Shown: piece after piece, positions 8,891-16,692 of the stretch
Numbering within the stretch: position 1 is the first letter of the stretch
How the letters are laid out: every line of letters begins with the position of its first letter
Assembly: GCA_051892935.1 (NCBI GenBank)
Contig: JBJFGS010000016.1
Location: 1-22,233 of the forward strand
Length of the DNA: 22,233 nucleotides
Direction: 5' to 3'
DNA from: Candidatus Coprovivens sp.
Lineage (GTDB): Bacteria; Bacillota_I; Bacilli_A; RF39; UBA660
Made by a program: the position numbers and the translations under genes
The notes under the pieces: generated by a model
Databases searched by the model: none
Told to the model about the DNA's origin: nothing
The model's input: the letters and a program-made list of their open reading frames with translations, nothing else

Positions 8891-9970
8891 ATGGGAACAA
8901 TACTAAATATAATATTATTTATAATTATCTTAGGAATTTTAATATTCGTTCATGAATTAGGTCATTTCTTAACAGCTAAAAAAAGCGGAGTATTTATTCA
9001 CGAATTTTCTCTTGGTATGGGACCTGTTATAAAACAATTTAAAGGAAAAGATGGAATAAACTACTCTATAAGAGCTCTTCCTATAGGTGGATTTGTCCAA
9101 ATGGCTGGTGAAATATATGAAGACGATGAAACAAACACAGTTCCAAAAGAAAAATTCATGTGTAATAGACCATGGTACCAAAGATTAATTATTTTAGCAG
9201 CTGGAGTTTTCAATAACTTCCTTCTAGCTATTATTTTATTATTTGTAATAGCACTAATATGGGGAGCACCTTCACTAAAACCACAAGTATATAATGTTAC
9301 AGAAGAATCAGCTGCTGAACAAGCAGGTATGAAAGCTGGAGACATCATAACTTCCGTAAATGGTTCTAAAGTAAATACATGGGATAAAGCCCAATTATTA
9401 CTTTTATTAAAAGATAAAGATGGTATATACGAAATAACTGTTAAACACGAAGATGGTAAAACAGAAGAATTAAAAATAAAACCTAAAACAGAAAAAGATG
9501 AAGAAGGTAACGAACGTCAAGTCTTCGGTATTGAAATAAGAAGTGAAGTATTAAAAGGTGATAATGCCTTAGAAAGAGTAGGCATCTCAGCTAAATATGC
9601 TTTTCAAAAATTTGGTAGTACTCTAGAACAAATGTGGTTAACTGTAGTAAATTTATTTACAGGAAAAATATCTATAAATAGTTTATCTGGTCCAGTAGGA
9701 ATCTATACTGTTGTTGGTGAAACGAGAAAAGCCGGTATTGAAAATGTTATATTCTTAATTGCATACTTAAGTATTAACTTAGGTATTATGAATATTCTTC
9801 CAATTCCAGCTTTAGATGGTGGACATATTCTTTTCTTACTAATTGAATTAATTACTAAGAAAAAAGTAAATGAAAAAGTTGAAGCAATAACAACGACAAT
9901 TTTCTTTGCTTTACTAATGCTTCTTATGATATACATTACAATTCATGATATCATAACATTAATACTTTAA
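8891..9970 (+). CDS. rseP: RIP (site-2) metalloprotease RseP/RasP with PDZ domain
   Basis: HELGH, LPIGGFV, AAGVFNN, PDZ (SAAEQAGMKAGDII), NILPIPALDGG; follows cdsA. Confidence 0.96.
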   Translation: MGTILNIILFIIILGILIFVHELGHFLTAKKSGVFIHEFSLGMGPVIKQFKGKDGINYSIRALPIGGFVQMAGEIYEDDETNTVPKEKFMCNRPWYQRLIILAAGVFNNFLLAIILLFVIALIWGAPSLKPQVYNVTEESAAEQAGMKAGDIITSVNGSKVNTWDKAQLLLLLKDKDGIYEITVKHEDGKTEELKIKPKTEKDEEGNERQVFGIEIRSEVLKGDNALERVGISAKYAFQKFGSTLEQMWLTVVNLFTGKISINSLSGPVGIYTVVGETRKAGIENVIFLIAYLSINLGIMNILPIPALDGGHILFLLIELITKKKVNEKVEAITTTIFFALLMLLMIYITIHDIITLIL

Positions 9971-9989
9971 GAGCTATATAGCTCTTTTT
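9969..9989 (+). terminator. intrinsic terminator after rseP
   Basis: AAGAGC-tatata-GCTCTT followed by TTT. Confidence 0.65.
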
Positions 9990-9991
9990 AA

Positions 9992-10020
9992 TTGCTTACA
10001 GAATAATAATTTGTTAAAAT
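9992..10020 (+). promoter_or_regulatory. sigma-A promoter of the peptidase-GNAT pair
   Basis: TTGCTT (9992-9997), 17 nt spacer, TG-n-TAAAAT (10015-10020). Confidence 0.6.
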
Positions 10021-10044
10021 ACATAGAAATTAAGGGGGATATAC

Positions 10045-10962
10045 ATGACAGAAATAGAACACGCCACATACCAAGCAACTTGTTTTTATGAAGATGCCGA
10101 AAGATTTAAATATGATATAACATTTCCTGAGTTACAATTCAGTAAAGGAGATAGAAACTATAAACGAATTCTAAATAGATTAGAAAAAATAAATTTACCA
10201 GATCCACTATCATTTAAGTACACTAACTTAACTATAGAAGAATTAAAAACTTATCTAATAGAATTACTAAGTAAAATACTAGGTCCAGAATATAAAGAAG
10301 AAATAACCAAATACAATAGTATCCTAAAAGCAAGAAACATTACTAATCCATTTGATTCAGTAATTGAAACAAATCTAGATGGACCATCCCCAGTAATAGA
10401 AGGAATTATAATTAGTAATCAATTCTCATCTATTCAAATAGCAAGTACAGCTCATGAATATGTACATGGCTTATTAAATAAGTATAATAATAGTGATTAT
10501 AATAGAGTATTATCAAACATACACTACAAAGAATTAATAAGTATATTAATTGAATATATTATATGTTACGAATTAAGTGAACTATTTAAAGAAGATCAAT
10601 TACAAGAAAAACACAATATAATAAGATTACATAACAATCAAGCCCATGCCCAAGAACATGCATCATGTGAATTAATAGCAGTAAAAATAAAAAAAATGTT
10701 TCCGATAATAGCTCAAAGTTATAAACTTTATATTGCCTATGAAAACCATTCTTCATTTGGATATATCACATCTGATATTTACGCTACTCAATTATTTAAA
10801 TATTATCAAGATGATCCTAAAACACTATTATTATTTATAAAAAGAATAATAGATGGTGAAAAAAGTATCAAAGAACTATTGAGTCATTACAATGTAGCTC
10901 TTAATAATACAGATACATTTATAACTTACAATAAACGTTTAGATAATATTCCTAAACTATAG
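10045..10962 (+). CDS. hypothetical HEXXH zinc-metallopeptidase-like protein (compact M3/PepF-like)
   Basis: TAHEYVHG, then KELISILIE (third-ligand helix), then FGY..SDIYATQLF..YQDDP resembling the M3 C-terminal region. Confidence 0.65.
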   Translation: MTEIEHATYQATCFYEDAERFKYDITFPELQFSKGDRNYKRILNRLEKINLPDPLSFKYTNLTIEELKTYLIELLSKILGPEYKEEITKYNSILKARNITNPFDSVIETNLDGPSPVIEGIIISNQFSSIQIASTAHEYVHGLLNKYNNSDYNRVLSNIHYKELISILIEYIICYELSELFKEDQLQEKHNIIRLHNNQAHAQEHASCELIAVKIKKMFPIIAQSYKLYIAYENHSSFGYITSDIYATQLFKYYQDDPKTLLLFIKRIIDGEKSIKELLSHYNVALNNTDTFITYNKRLDNIPKL

Positions 10963-10971
10963 GAGGTAACC

Positions 10972-11607
10972 ATGATAAACTACTATTCACTAAGTAAATT
11001 AATATCTCAAGGTCACAATATAGAACCTATAATAAATGAAATATTATTAGTAACAATTGCATCTAAAACAACATATCCTGAATATACAGAATGGTTTATA
11101 AATAAACACATACCAGGTATCTATCTAGGTACTAGAGATACCATAATAGCAGTAGACAATAATAAAATAATAGGTGTATCTAATATAAAACGAGAAAAAG
11201 AAAACAAACTATGTACAGTTTATTTCGATCCTAAATATCGTAAACAAAAACTAGGTCTAACTTTGGTAGATAAATCTATTGAATTAATAGGAGATAGTAA
11301 ACCATTAATCACAATGCCATCATCATATCTTCCTCAATTTAAAAATATTATAAAAAGATATGACTGGCAACTAACAGATTGTATAGATAATTGCTATTTA
11401 GAAAATACAAGCGAACTCATTTTTAATGGTGAGCTAACTAGTTTAAATAGAAAATTATCTAATGAGGAAAGAATTATTCTTGCGTATAAACACACAAAGG
11501 ATAAAAATATTCTTAAATTACTATCATTTTCACCTCTAAAAGTATTATCTTTTATAATAAAACATCAAAATATCACAAAAAAATCAAAAAAAGTATTGTC
11601 AAATTAA
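10972..11607 (+). CDS. GNAT-family N-acetyltransferase
   Basis: IIAVDNNKIIGV, KLCTVYFDPKYRKQKLGLTLV (acetyl-CoA motif A), KPLIT; RBS AGGAGG. Confidence 0.8.
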   Translation: MINYYSLSKLISQGHNIEPIINEILLVTIASKTTYPEYTEWFINKHIPGIYLGTRDTIIAVDNNKIIGVSNIKREKENKLCTVYFDPKYRKQKLGLTLVDKSIELIGDSKPLITMPSSYLPQFKNIIKRYDWQLTDCIDNCYLENTSELIFNGELTSLNRKLSNEERIILAYKHTKDKNILKLLSFSPLKVLSFIIKHQNITKKSKKVLSN

Positions 11608-11624
11608 ATTAAAAGTGTTATATT
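11596..11624 (+). promoter_or_regulatory. sigma-A promoter of tRNA-Met
   Basis: TTGTCA (11596-11601), 17 nt spacer, TG-n-TATATT (11619-11624); -35 lies in the end of the GNAT gene. Confidence 0.65.
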
Positions 11625-11642
11625 TAATTTGCTTACTTTTAT

Positions 11643-11719
11643 GGCGCTGTAGCTCAGTTGGCTAGAGCATCCGGTTCATACCCGGCAGGTCGTGTGTTCG
11701 AATCACACCGGCGCTACCA
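11643..11719 (+). tRNA. tRNA-Met (CAT), elongator type
   Basis: 77-nt cloverleaf GGCGCTG...CGGCGCT-A-CCA; D arm GCTC/GAGC; anticodon loop TTCATAC; T arm GTGTG-TTCGAAT-CACAC; resembles the Bacillus elongator tRNA-Met. Confidence 0.96.
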
Positions 11720-11729
11720 AATTGTTTAT

Positions 11730-11755
11730 AACTAGATAGCAATATCTAGTTTTTT
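11730..11755 (+). terminator. intrinsic terminator after tRNA-Met
   Basis: AACTAGATA-GCAA-TATCTAGTT with GNRA loop and T run. Confidence 0.85.
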
Positions 11756-11942
11756 ATTTACTGAATAATTAAAACATTAAAACATTGAAAAATAATATGA
11801 TATTTTATATAACAACTTAAGTGATACCGAAATAGGTAAAATCTTACCATTAATATTTATTCATTTAACAAATGAATTTATGAAAAAAAAGTTATAAAAC
11901 AATTAATAAATACATGATTATCAAGGAAAAAGAAACTATTAT

Positions 11943-11985
11943 TTGTCATAATTTACATCAAATGCTATAATACCACTCGAGTGGT
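11943..11985 (+). promoter_or_regulatory. sigma-A promoter with adjacent perfect 14-bp palindrome (candidate operator)
   Basis: TTGTCA (11943-11948), 17 nt spacer, TG-c-TATAAT (11966-11971), then ACCACTCGAGTGGT (11972-11985). Confidence 0.7.
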
Positions 11986-11992
11986 GAAATAT

Positions 11993-12613
11993 ATGAGAAA
12001 AAAAGTAGAACACTACCAAGGAGAACAAATCAACTTTATAATTATTTCTAAACTATTTGCAATTAGTGCTGCACGAGATTTCAAAGTTGAAGGAATAATT
12101 CCATATTCAGACATAGATACACTTGAAGAATTATGTGAAGTATATGAATGTAATCCAGATGAATTTCATATCATATTAGGTGCTGACTGGTACCTAACAT
12201 ACATAACTAGACCGGAAAAAACAGAAATAATAGAATGGGTTAGTTTAGAAAATAGAAAAGACAAAATACATCAAACTTTAGAAATGATGAAATACTTAAT
12301 TCAAGTATTATTGCTATCAAAAGAAAAAAAAGTAACTTCAACAATGCGTCATTCAACCTCGTATAAATTTTATCAACTATTAATAAAAAATGGCTATATA
12401 AAAGAACAATACAATAATCCAGGAATGGATACTTCTATACCAGATGATATACAATCTGAATTAGACATAGCTATCGAAGATAATATTAATATCAAGTATT
12501 ATTTAGATAATCCAAACAGGAACACAGAATACGACGAATACTTCTATCATGATATCTCCTTCACATTAACGAATAAATTTCTAACTAGATATGATAAAAC
12601 AATAAAAAAATAA
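11993..12613 (+). CDS. hypothetical protein (possible divergent GNAT-like fold)
   Basis: ORF with strong promoter; ATG 11993 after GAGTGGTGA preferred over GTG 11981; no confident family. Confidence 0.8.
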   Translation: MRKKVEHYQGEQINFIIISKLFAISAARDFKVEGIIPYSDIDTLEELCEVYECNPDEFHIILGADWYLTYITRPEKTEIIEWVSLENRKDKIHQTLEMMKYLIQVLLLSKEKKVTSTMRHSTSYKFYQLLIKNGYIKEQYNNPGMDTSIPDDIQSELDIAIEDNINIKYYLDNPNRNTEYDEYFYHDISFTLTNKFLTRYDKTIKK

Positions 12614-12622
12614 AATATTATC

Positions 12623-12660
12623 AAGAACTCTATAAAATTTCTTTATAAAGCTCTTTTTTT
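12623..12660 (+). terminator. imperfect intrinsic terminator
   Basis: AAGAACTCTATAAA / TTTATAAAGCTCTT (2 mismatches) followed by T run. Confidence 0.5.
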
Positions 12661-12719
12661 GTATATTAAAAAAAATTACTGTGTTAAAATAAATATTATG
12701 CAATAAGTAGGGTGGTTTT

Positions 12720-13415
12720 ATGATAATAACAAGAAATAAAGGATCAGAATCAGGTTACGACTATTCATTTACAGAAGATAATAAAACACTTCACATAATG
12801 TTTTGTCGAAATCTTGATTTATATTGGAGTCTAGAAACAAATAAAGAATATGAAACATATGAAGAAATGATAAAAGAACTTTATGAAACGTTCATAATTA
12901 CAAAAGAAAACTATCAAATATATACTCTCTTTAAAACATTATTAGATGAAATAAAAGAAGCCCAAGTTTATACTCCATCTAAAGATTATATAACAGAAGA
13001 TGATGAATTAATAGAACTACCTCCAAGTCCTGAGGAAATAATTCAGACTGAACAAAGAAATAAAGAACTAAAAAATGAAACTGGTTATCAAAGAATAATA
13101 GATGGAGAATCAATTAATTGGCATAGTGATGATGAACCTTATGAAATAGCTGACGTACTAAGAATATCAGAAGAAGATGATAAAATTATTCTTGAATTTT
13201 ATCGTCCAGAGTTAAAAGGTGAAAAATTTTCGATGCGTCAACCAGATACAATAACTATTAGATTCCGTAATTCTGGCAGCTATTACCTACCATTTAATAT
13301 CGTATTTATGAGAATGTATCTTAAACTTCAAGAATTTGATCCAAAATTAGATCAAGAATATCATCAAATCCATATTGAAGAACTTCCATATCAATTAGAA
13401 AAGAGATTGTCATGA
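12720..13415 (+). CDS. hypothetical protein, paralog 1 of a tandem trio
   Basis: shares NxDxYW, WHSDD, LEFxR and IRFxxSGSxY motifs with the next two ORFs. Confidence 0.88.
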   Translation: MIITRNKGSESGYDYSFTEDNKTLHIMFCRNLDLYWSLETNKEYETYEEMIKELYETFIITKENYQIYTLFKTLLDEIKEAQVYTPSKDYITEDDELIELPPSPEEIIQTEQRNKELKNETGYQRIIDGESINWHSDDEPYEIADVLRISEEDDKIILEFYRPELKGEKFSMRQPDTITIRFRNSGSYYLPFNIVFMRMYLKLQEFDPKLDQEYHQIHIEELPYQLEKRLS

Positions 13416-14059
13416 AAATAACAAAAACTAAAAGCGAGATAGGTACATATGACATTCGTATAGAAGAAAATGAAGATAAACATTTAGATGTTATATTTGG
13501 TGGTAATGGAGATATTTACTGGATATATGATAATTTCGAAGTAGCTTATGCCGAAGAAGATTCAATGTATGAAGCGTTCACAATTCCTATTCAAGAAGAA
13601 GGTTTATATAATATATTCAATGAATTATATGAAGACTTAATAAATTGTCGTATCATGGTTCCAGAACCAAATGAATTCTATCCAGGTCAAAGAAAAGCTG
13701 ATGAAGAAAGATGTAATAAGTCAAATGAGGAATTAAAAAATGACAATCGTTATAAATCACTAGTTAAAGACGGCGTTATAACTTGGTATAGTGATGAAGA
13801 ATATCATAGTATTGCAGAAATAGTTCGCATAAGCAAAGTAGAAAATGGTATCTTATTAGAATTCCTAAGACAGTCTTTAAAAGATGATATGGGCTTTAAA
13901 AGAATGCCTGGCTGGTACTCAATAAGATTTAGAACATCAGGAAGTACTTACACACCATGTGACCTAGTCTTTTGGCGTAACTTTGATAATTTACAAAAAT
14001 ATCAAGAACAACCAAACAAAAAAGATAAACAAGAATTAAAATTAAAAAAAGGAGAATAA
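13412..14059 (+). CDS. hypothetical protein, paralog 2 of a tandem trio
   Basis: FGGNGDIYW, WYSDE, LEFLR, IRFRTSGSTY; ATGA overlap with upstream stop. Confidence 0.88.
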   Translation: MKITKTKSEIGTYDIRIEENEDKHLDVIFGGNGDIYWIYDNFEVAYAEEDSMYEAFTIPIQEEGLYNIFNELYEDLINCRIMVPEPNEFYPGQRKADEERCNKSNEELKNDNRYKSLVKDGVITWYSDEEYHSIAEIVRISKVENGILLEFLRQSLKDDMGFKRMPGWYSIRFRTSGSTYTPCDLVFWRNFDNLQKYQEQPNKKDKQELKLKKGE

Positions 14060-14062
14060 AAT

Positions 14063-14812
14063 ATGAATGTAAGAAAAGAACAACATGACTTTGGAGCAAC
14101 ATATTACTTAGAACAAGATGAAAAGTGTTTAAAAATAATATATGGTGGTAATCTAGATTTATACTGGCACTTCTTTAATAAAAAAGCTCGTCAAGAAAAT
14201 GTATCTCCATATCAAGACGTCTATGAAAGTATGCTAATAACAAAAGAAAATTACACCATATATAGTTTATTTGAAAGTTTAATAAGAGAAACTAAATCAG
14301 GACAAGTATTCTTGCCTGAAGAAGTAACATTAGAGCCAACTTTCTACGATGAATTTGATATCTGCGATATTTACGACATTGACCAATATTCTATAGATGA
14401 TGAAGATAGAGAATCATTAACTCAAACCTATCGAATAAGTCAAGCTGCCAAAACAAATGAAAAAATCAAAAAAAGCGACAGATATCAAGAACTAACTAAA
14501 GATAATGCAATAACATGGCATAGTGATGACGCTTCATTAGATACTGCTGATATTGTAAGAATAACAGAAGTAGAAGAAGGAATCTTACTTGAATTCACAA
14601 GACCAAACTTAGATCCGGAAACATCAGAACTACACTTTCCAGGAACACTAAGCATTCGTTTTTCTAACTCTGGTAGTAGATATGGAGACTTAGTAACACT
14701 ATTTATTAGAATGTACAATAGACTTAATGAATACGAACCAGATTATCATCAAGTACATCTCGAAGAAATAGCATATCAAAAAAAACTAACTTCACCTAAA
14801 AAAGACAACTAA
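14063..14812 (+). CDS. hypothetical protein, paralog 3 of a tandem trio
   Basis: YGGNLDLYW, WHSDD, LEFTR, IRFSNSGSRY; RBS AAGGAG inside the end of paralog 2. Confidence 0.88.
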   Translation: MNVRKEQHDFGATYYLEQDEKCLKIIYGGNLDLYWHFFNKKARQENVSPYQDVYESMLITKENYTIYSLFESLIRETKSGQVFLPEEVTLEPTFYDEFDICDIYDIDQYSIDDEDRESLTQTYRISQAAKTNEKIKKSDRYQELTKDNAITWHSDDASLDTADIVRITEVEEGILLEFTRPNLDPETSELHFPGTLSIRFSNSGSRYGDLVTLFIRMYNRLNEYEPDYHQVHLEEIAYQKKLTSPKKDN

Positions 14813-14825
14813 ATGTCTTTTTTTT
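14798..14825 (+). terminator. intrinsic terminator closing the paralog operon
   Basis: AAAAAAGACA-actaaa-TGTCTTTTTT followed by T run. Confidence 0.75.
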
Positions 14826-14936
14826 CTATTTTCTTTTTTTAATAGCTAAAATATGTTAAAATAATAAACAGTTTTGTAAAAAAACATAGAATTTTCACAT
14901 AATAGATATAATCTAAAAAAAGAAGGAGGACTTTAT

Positions 14937-16646
14937 ATGCAAAATAAAAAAACAACAATTATATTCCTTATAATAACCATAATTCTTATAATAACAAGTA
15001 TAGCAATTAATATAAATACAATATACCAAGCTAAAGAAAGAATAATAACCAATATTAATGAAACAACTACTAATATAGAAGAAACTAATAATGTTGAAAA
15101 TCAAGATAAATCAGAAGAAGAAATAGAAAAATCAACTACTATAATAGACACATCTAACAAATATACCAAAAAAGAACTAATTATTATAATAATAACTTCT
15201 ATAATTATAACAATCTGCTTATTAAATCTAATTGTTACTAAATTTGGAACAATATCTCTAAGCCAATCTTTAAATACCAGTAAAAAACTAATATATTATT
15301 CTATTATACTAGTAATTTTATCTACAACATCTACAATTTATACTATAACTACTACTGATAATAAAATTCTTAATGGAGATGACACTAAAAAAATTGATGA
15401 AAAATCAGTAGCTATAATAGAAATAACAGAAAACAAAACAGATAATTCTCTATCAAAAGAAAGTCAAATAGAAGATACCTCTGTTATTCAAATAACTAAT
15501 AGTGCTGAATATATAGGAAATAAACTAGAATTACTAAAATCTAAAGGAAATACAACTGATAAAGAAAGTAGTTTATATTATGGACTTAATTCAGCTTTCT
15601 TAGCCAAAGATAGTAGTGTAGTAGAACTTAATAATAGTTACATTGCAACTGGAGTTGATTACTCAGCAGCTTTATTTGCAAGCGGTCTTAATACCCAAGT
15701 AACATTAAATAATACACGTCTTACAACTTACGGAAATAACTCCCCAAGTATATCTGTATCAACAGCATCTATAATAGCATCAGATATTGAATTATCAACA
15801 TCAAAAGATAACTCCCCAGCAATCAATATACTTAATAACAATAGCAAAATACAAATAAAAGACTCATTGTTAAATACATATGGACAAAACTCTCCTATAA
15901 TATACAATAAAGGCCAAATAACAGCTGATAATATTACAGCGACAACTAGTAATAGTAATATTATCAATATGAATAGTACAAATAATTTAACTATCACCAA
16001 TAGCGAATTGAAAACTTTAAGAAAAAAAGAAGAACCTTCTTCTTCAGCAATATATTTATTTACTGAATTAAATAAATATGAACGAGTTAATTATACAAAT
16101 AGCTTTGTATCAATCGAAGATTCAACATTAATAATCGATAAAGAATCACCTTCATACAAAGAATTACCATTATTTTATATAACTAATATAGATGTAAATA
16201 TAAACCTATCTAATACTCAAATAAAATATGGAAGTAATATTCTATTTCAAATAACTGGAAATAATCAATATGGTGAAATAGGAGATAATGGTGGAAATGT
16301 AATATTTACAGCAACTGATCAAACTTTAAAAGGAAATATTCTATTAGATGAACAAAGTAGCATTGCAATATATCTAAATAACTCAAACTATAAAGGACAA
16401 ATAAATCCTGATAATAATTCTAAAAACGTTGATATTGTTTTAGATAAAACAACAAAGTGGGAATTAACAGGTGATTCTTATATAAGAACGTTAACGCTAC
16501 AAAATGGTCAAATAAGTAGATTGAAAAAACAAATAAAATCCAATAATCATAATATATACTATAATGCATATCAAAATGATTGGTTAGAAGGGAAAACAAT
16601 TAAACTAGATGGTGGTGGACGTTTAATTCCTATCTATGAAAGTTAG
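14937..16646 (+). CDS. membrane-anchored protein with extracellular right-handed beta-helix (pectin-lyase/autotransporter-passenger-like) domain
   Basis: three hydrophobic segments in the first ~140 aa; repeating I-x-T-x-G-x-N-S-P-x-I rungs; C-terminal WELTGDSYI cap; RBS AAGGAGG. Confidence 0.75.
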   Translation: MQNKKTTIIFLIITIILIITSIAININTIYQAKERIITNINETTTNIEETNNVENQDKSEEEIEKSTTIIDTSNKYTKKELIIIIITSIIITICLLNLIVTKFGTISLSQSLNTSKKLIYYSIILVILSTTSTIYTITTTDNKILNGDDTKKIDEKSVAIIEITENKTDNSLSKESQIEDTSVIQITNSAEYIGNKLELLKSKGNTTDKESSLYYGLNSAFLAKDSSVVELNNSYIATGVDYSAALFASGLNTQVTLNNTRLTTYGNNSPSISVSTASIIASDIELSTSKDNSPAINILNNNSKIQIKDSLLNTYGQNSPIIYNKGQITADNITATTSNSNIINMNSTNNLTITNSELKTLRKKEEPSSSAIYLFTELNKYERVNYTNSFVSIEDSTLIIDKESPSYKELPLFYITNIDVNINLSNTQIKYGSNILFQITGNNQYGEIGDNGGNVIFTATDQTLKGNILLDEQSSIAIYLNNSNYKGQINPDNNSKNVDIVLDKTTKWELTGDSYIRTLTLQNGQISRLKKQIKSNNHNIYYNAYQNDWLEGKTIKLDGGGRLIPIYES

Positions 16647-16692
16647 TATATACTTATTTTTAAAGTGTTATAATAATTAAGGAGGATTAAAA

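Noticed and set aside
8001-9936. Small ORFs 8001-8186 (+), 8400-8636, 8969-9181, 9061-9348 and 9703-9936 (-)
   Set aside because: Entirely overlap uppS, cdsA or rseP; out-of-frame or antisense artefacts
11643-11719. Initiator tRNA-fMet or tRNA-Ile2 identity for the CAT tRNA
   Set aside because: No C1:A72 mismatch or GGG/CCC anticodon stem; the sequence follows the Bacillus elongator Met pattern
11643-14825. Integrative element or prophage inserted at tRNA-Met
   Set aside because: No integrase or phage gene, and I found no duplicate of the tRNA 3' end in the window
14485-16000. Minus-strand ORFs 14485-14718, 14913-15104 and 15728-16000
   Set aside because: Antisense to longer, well-supported genes; composition mirrors the sense strand
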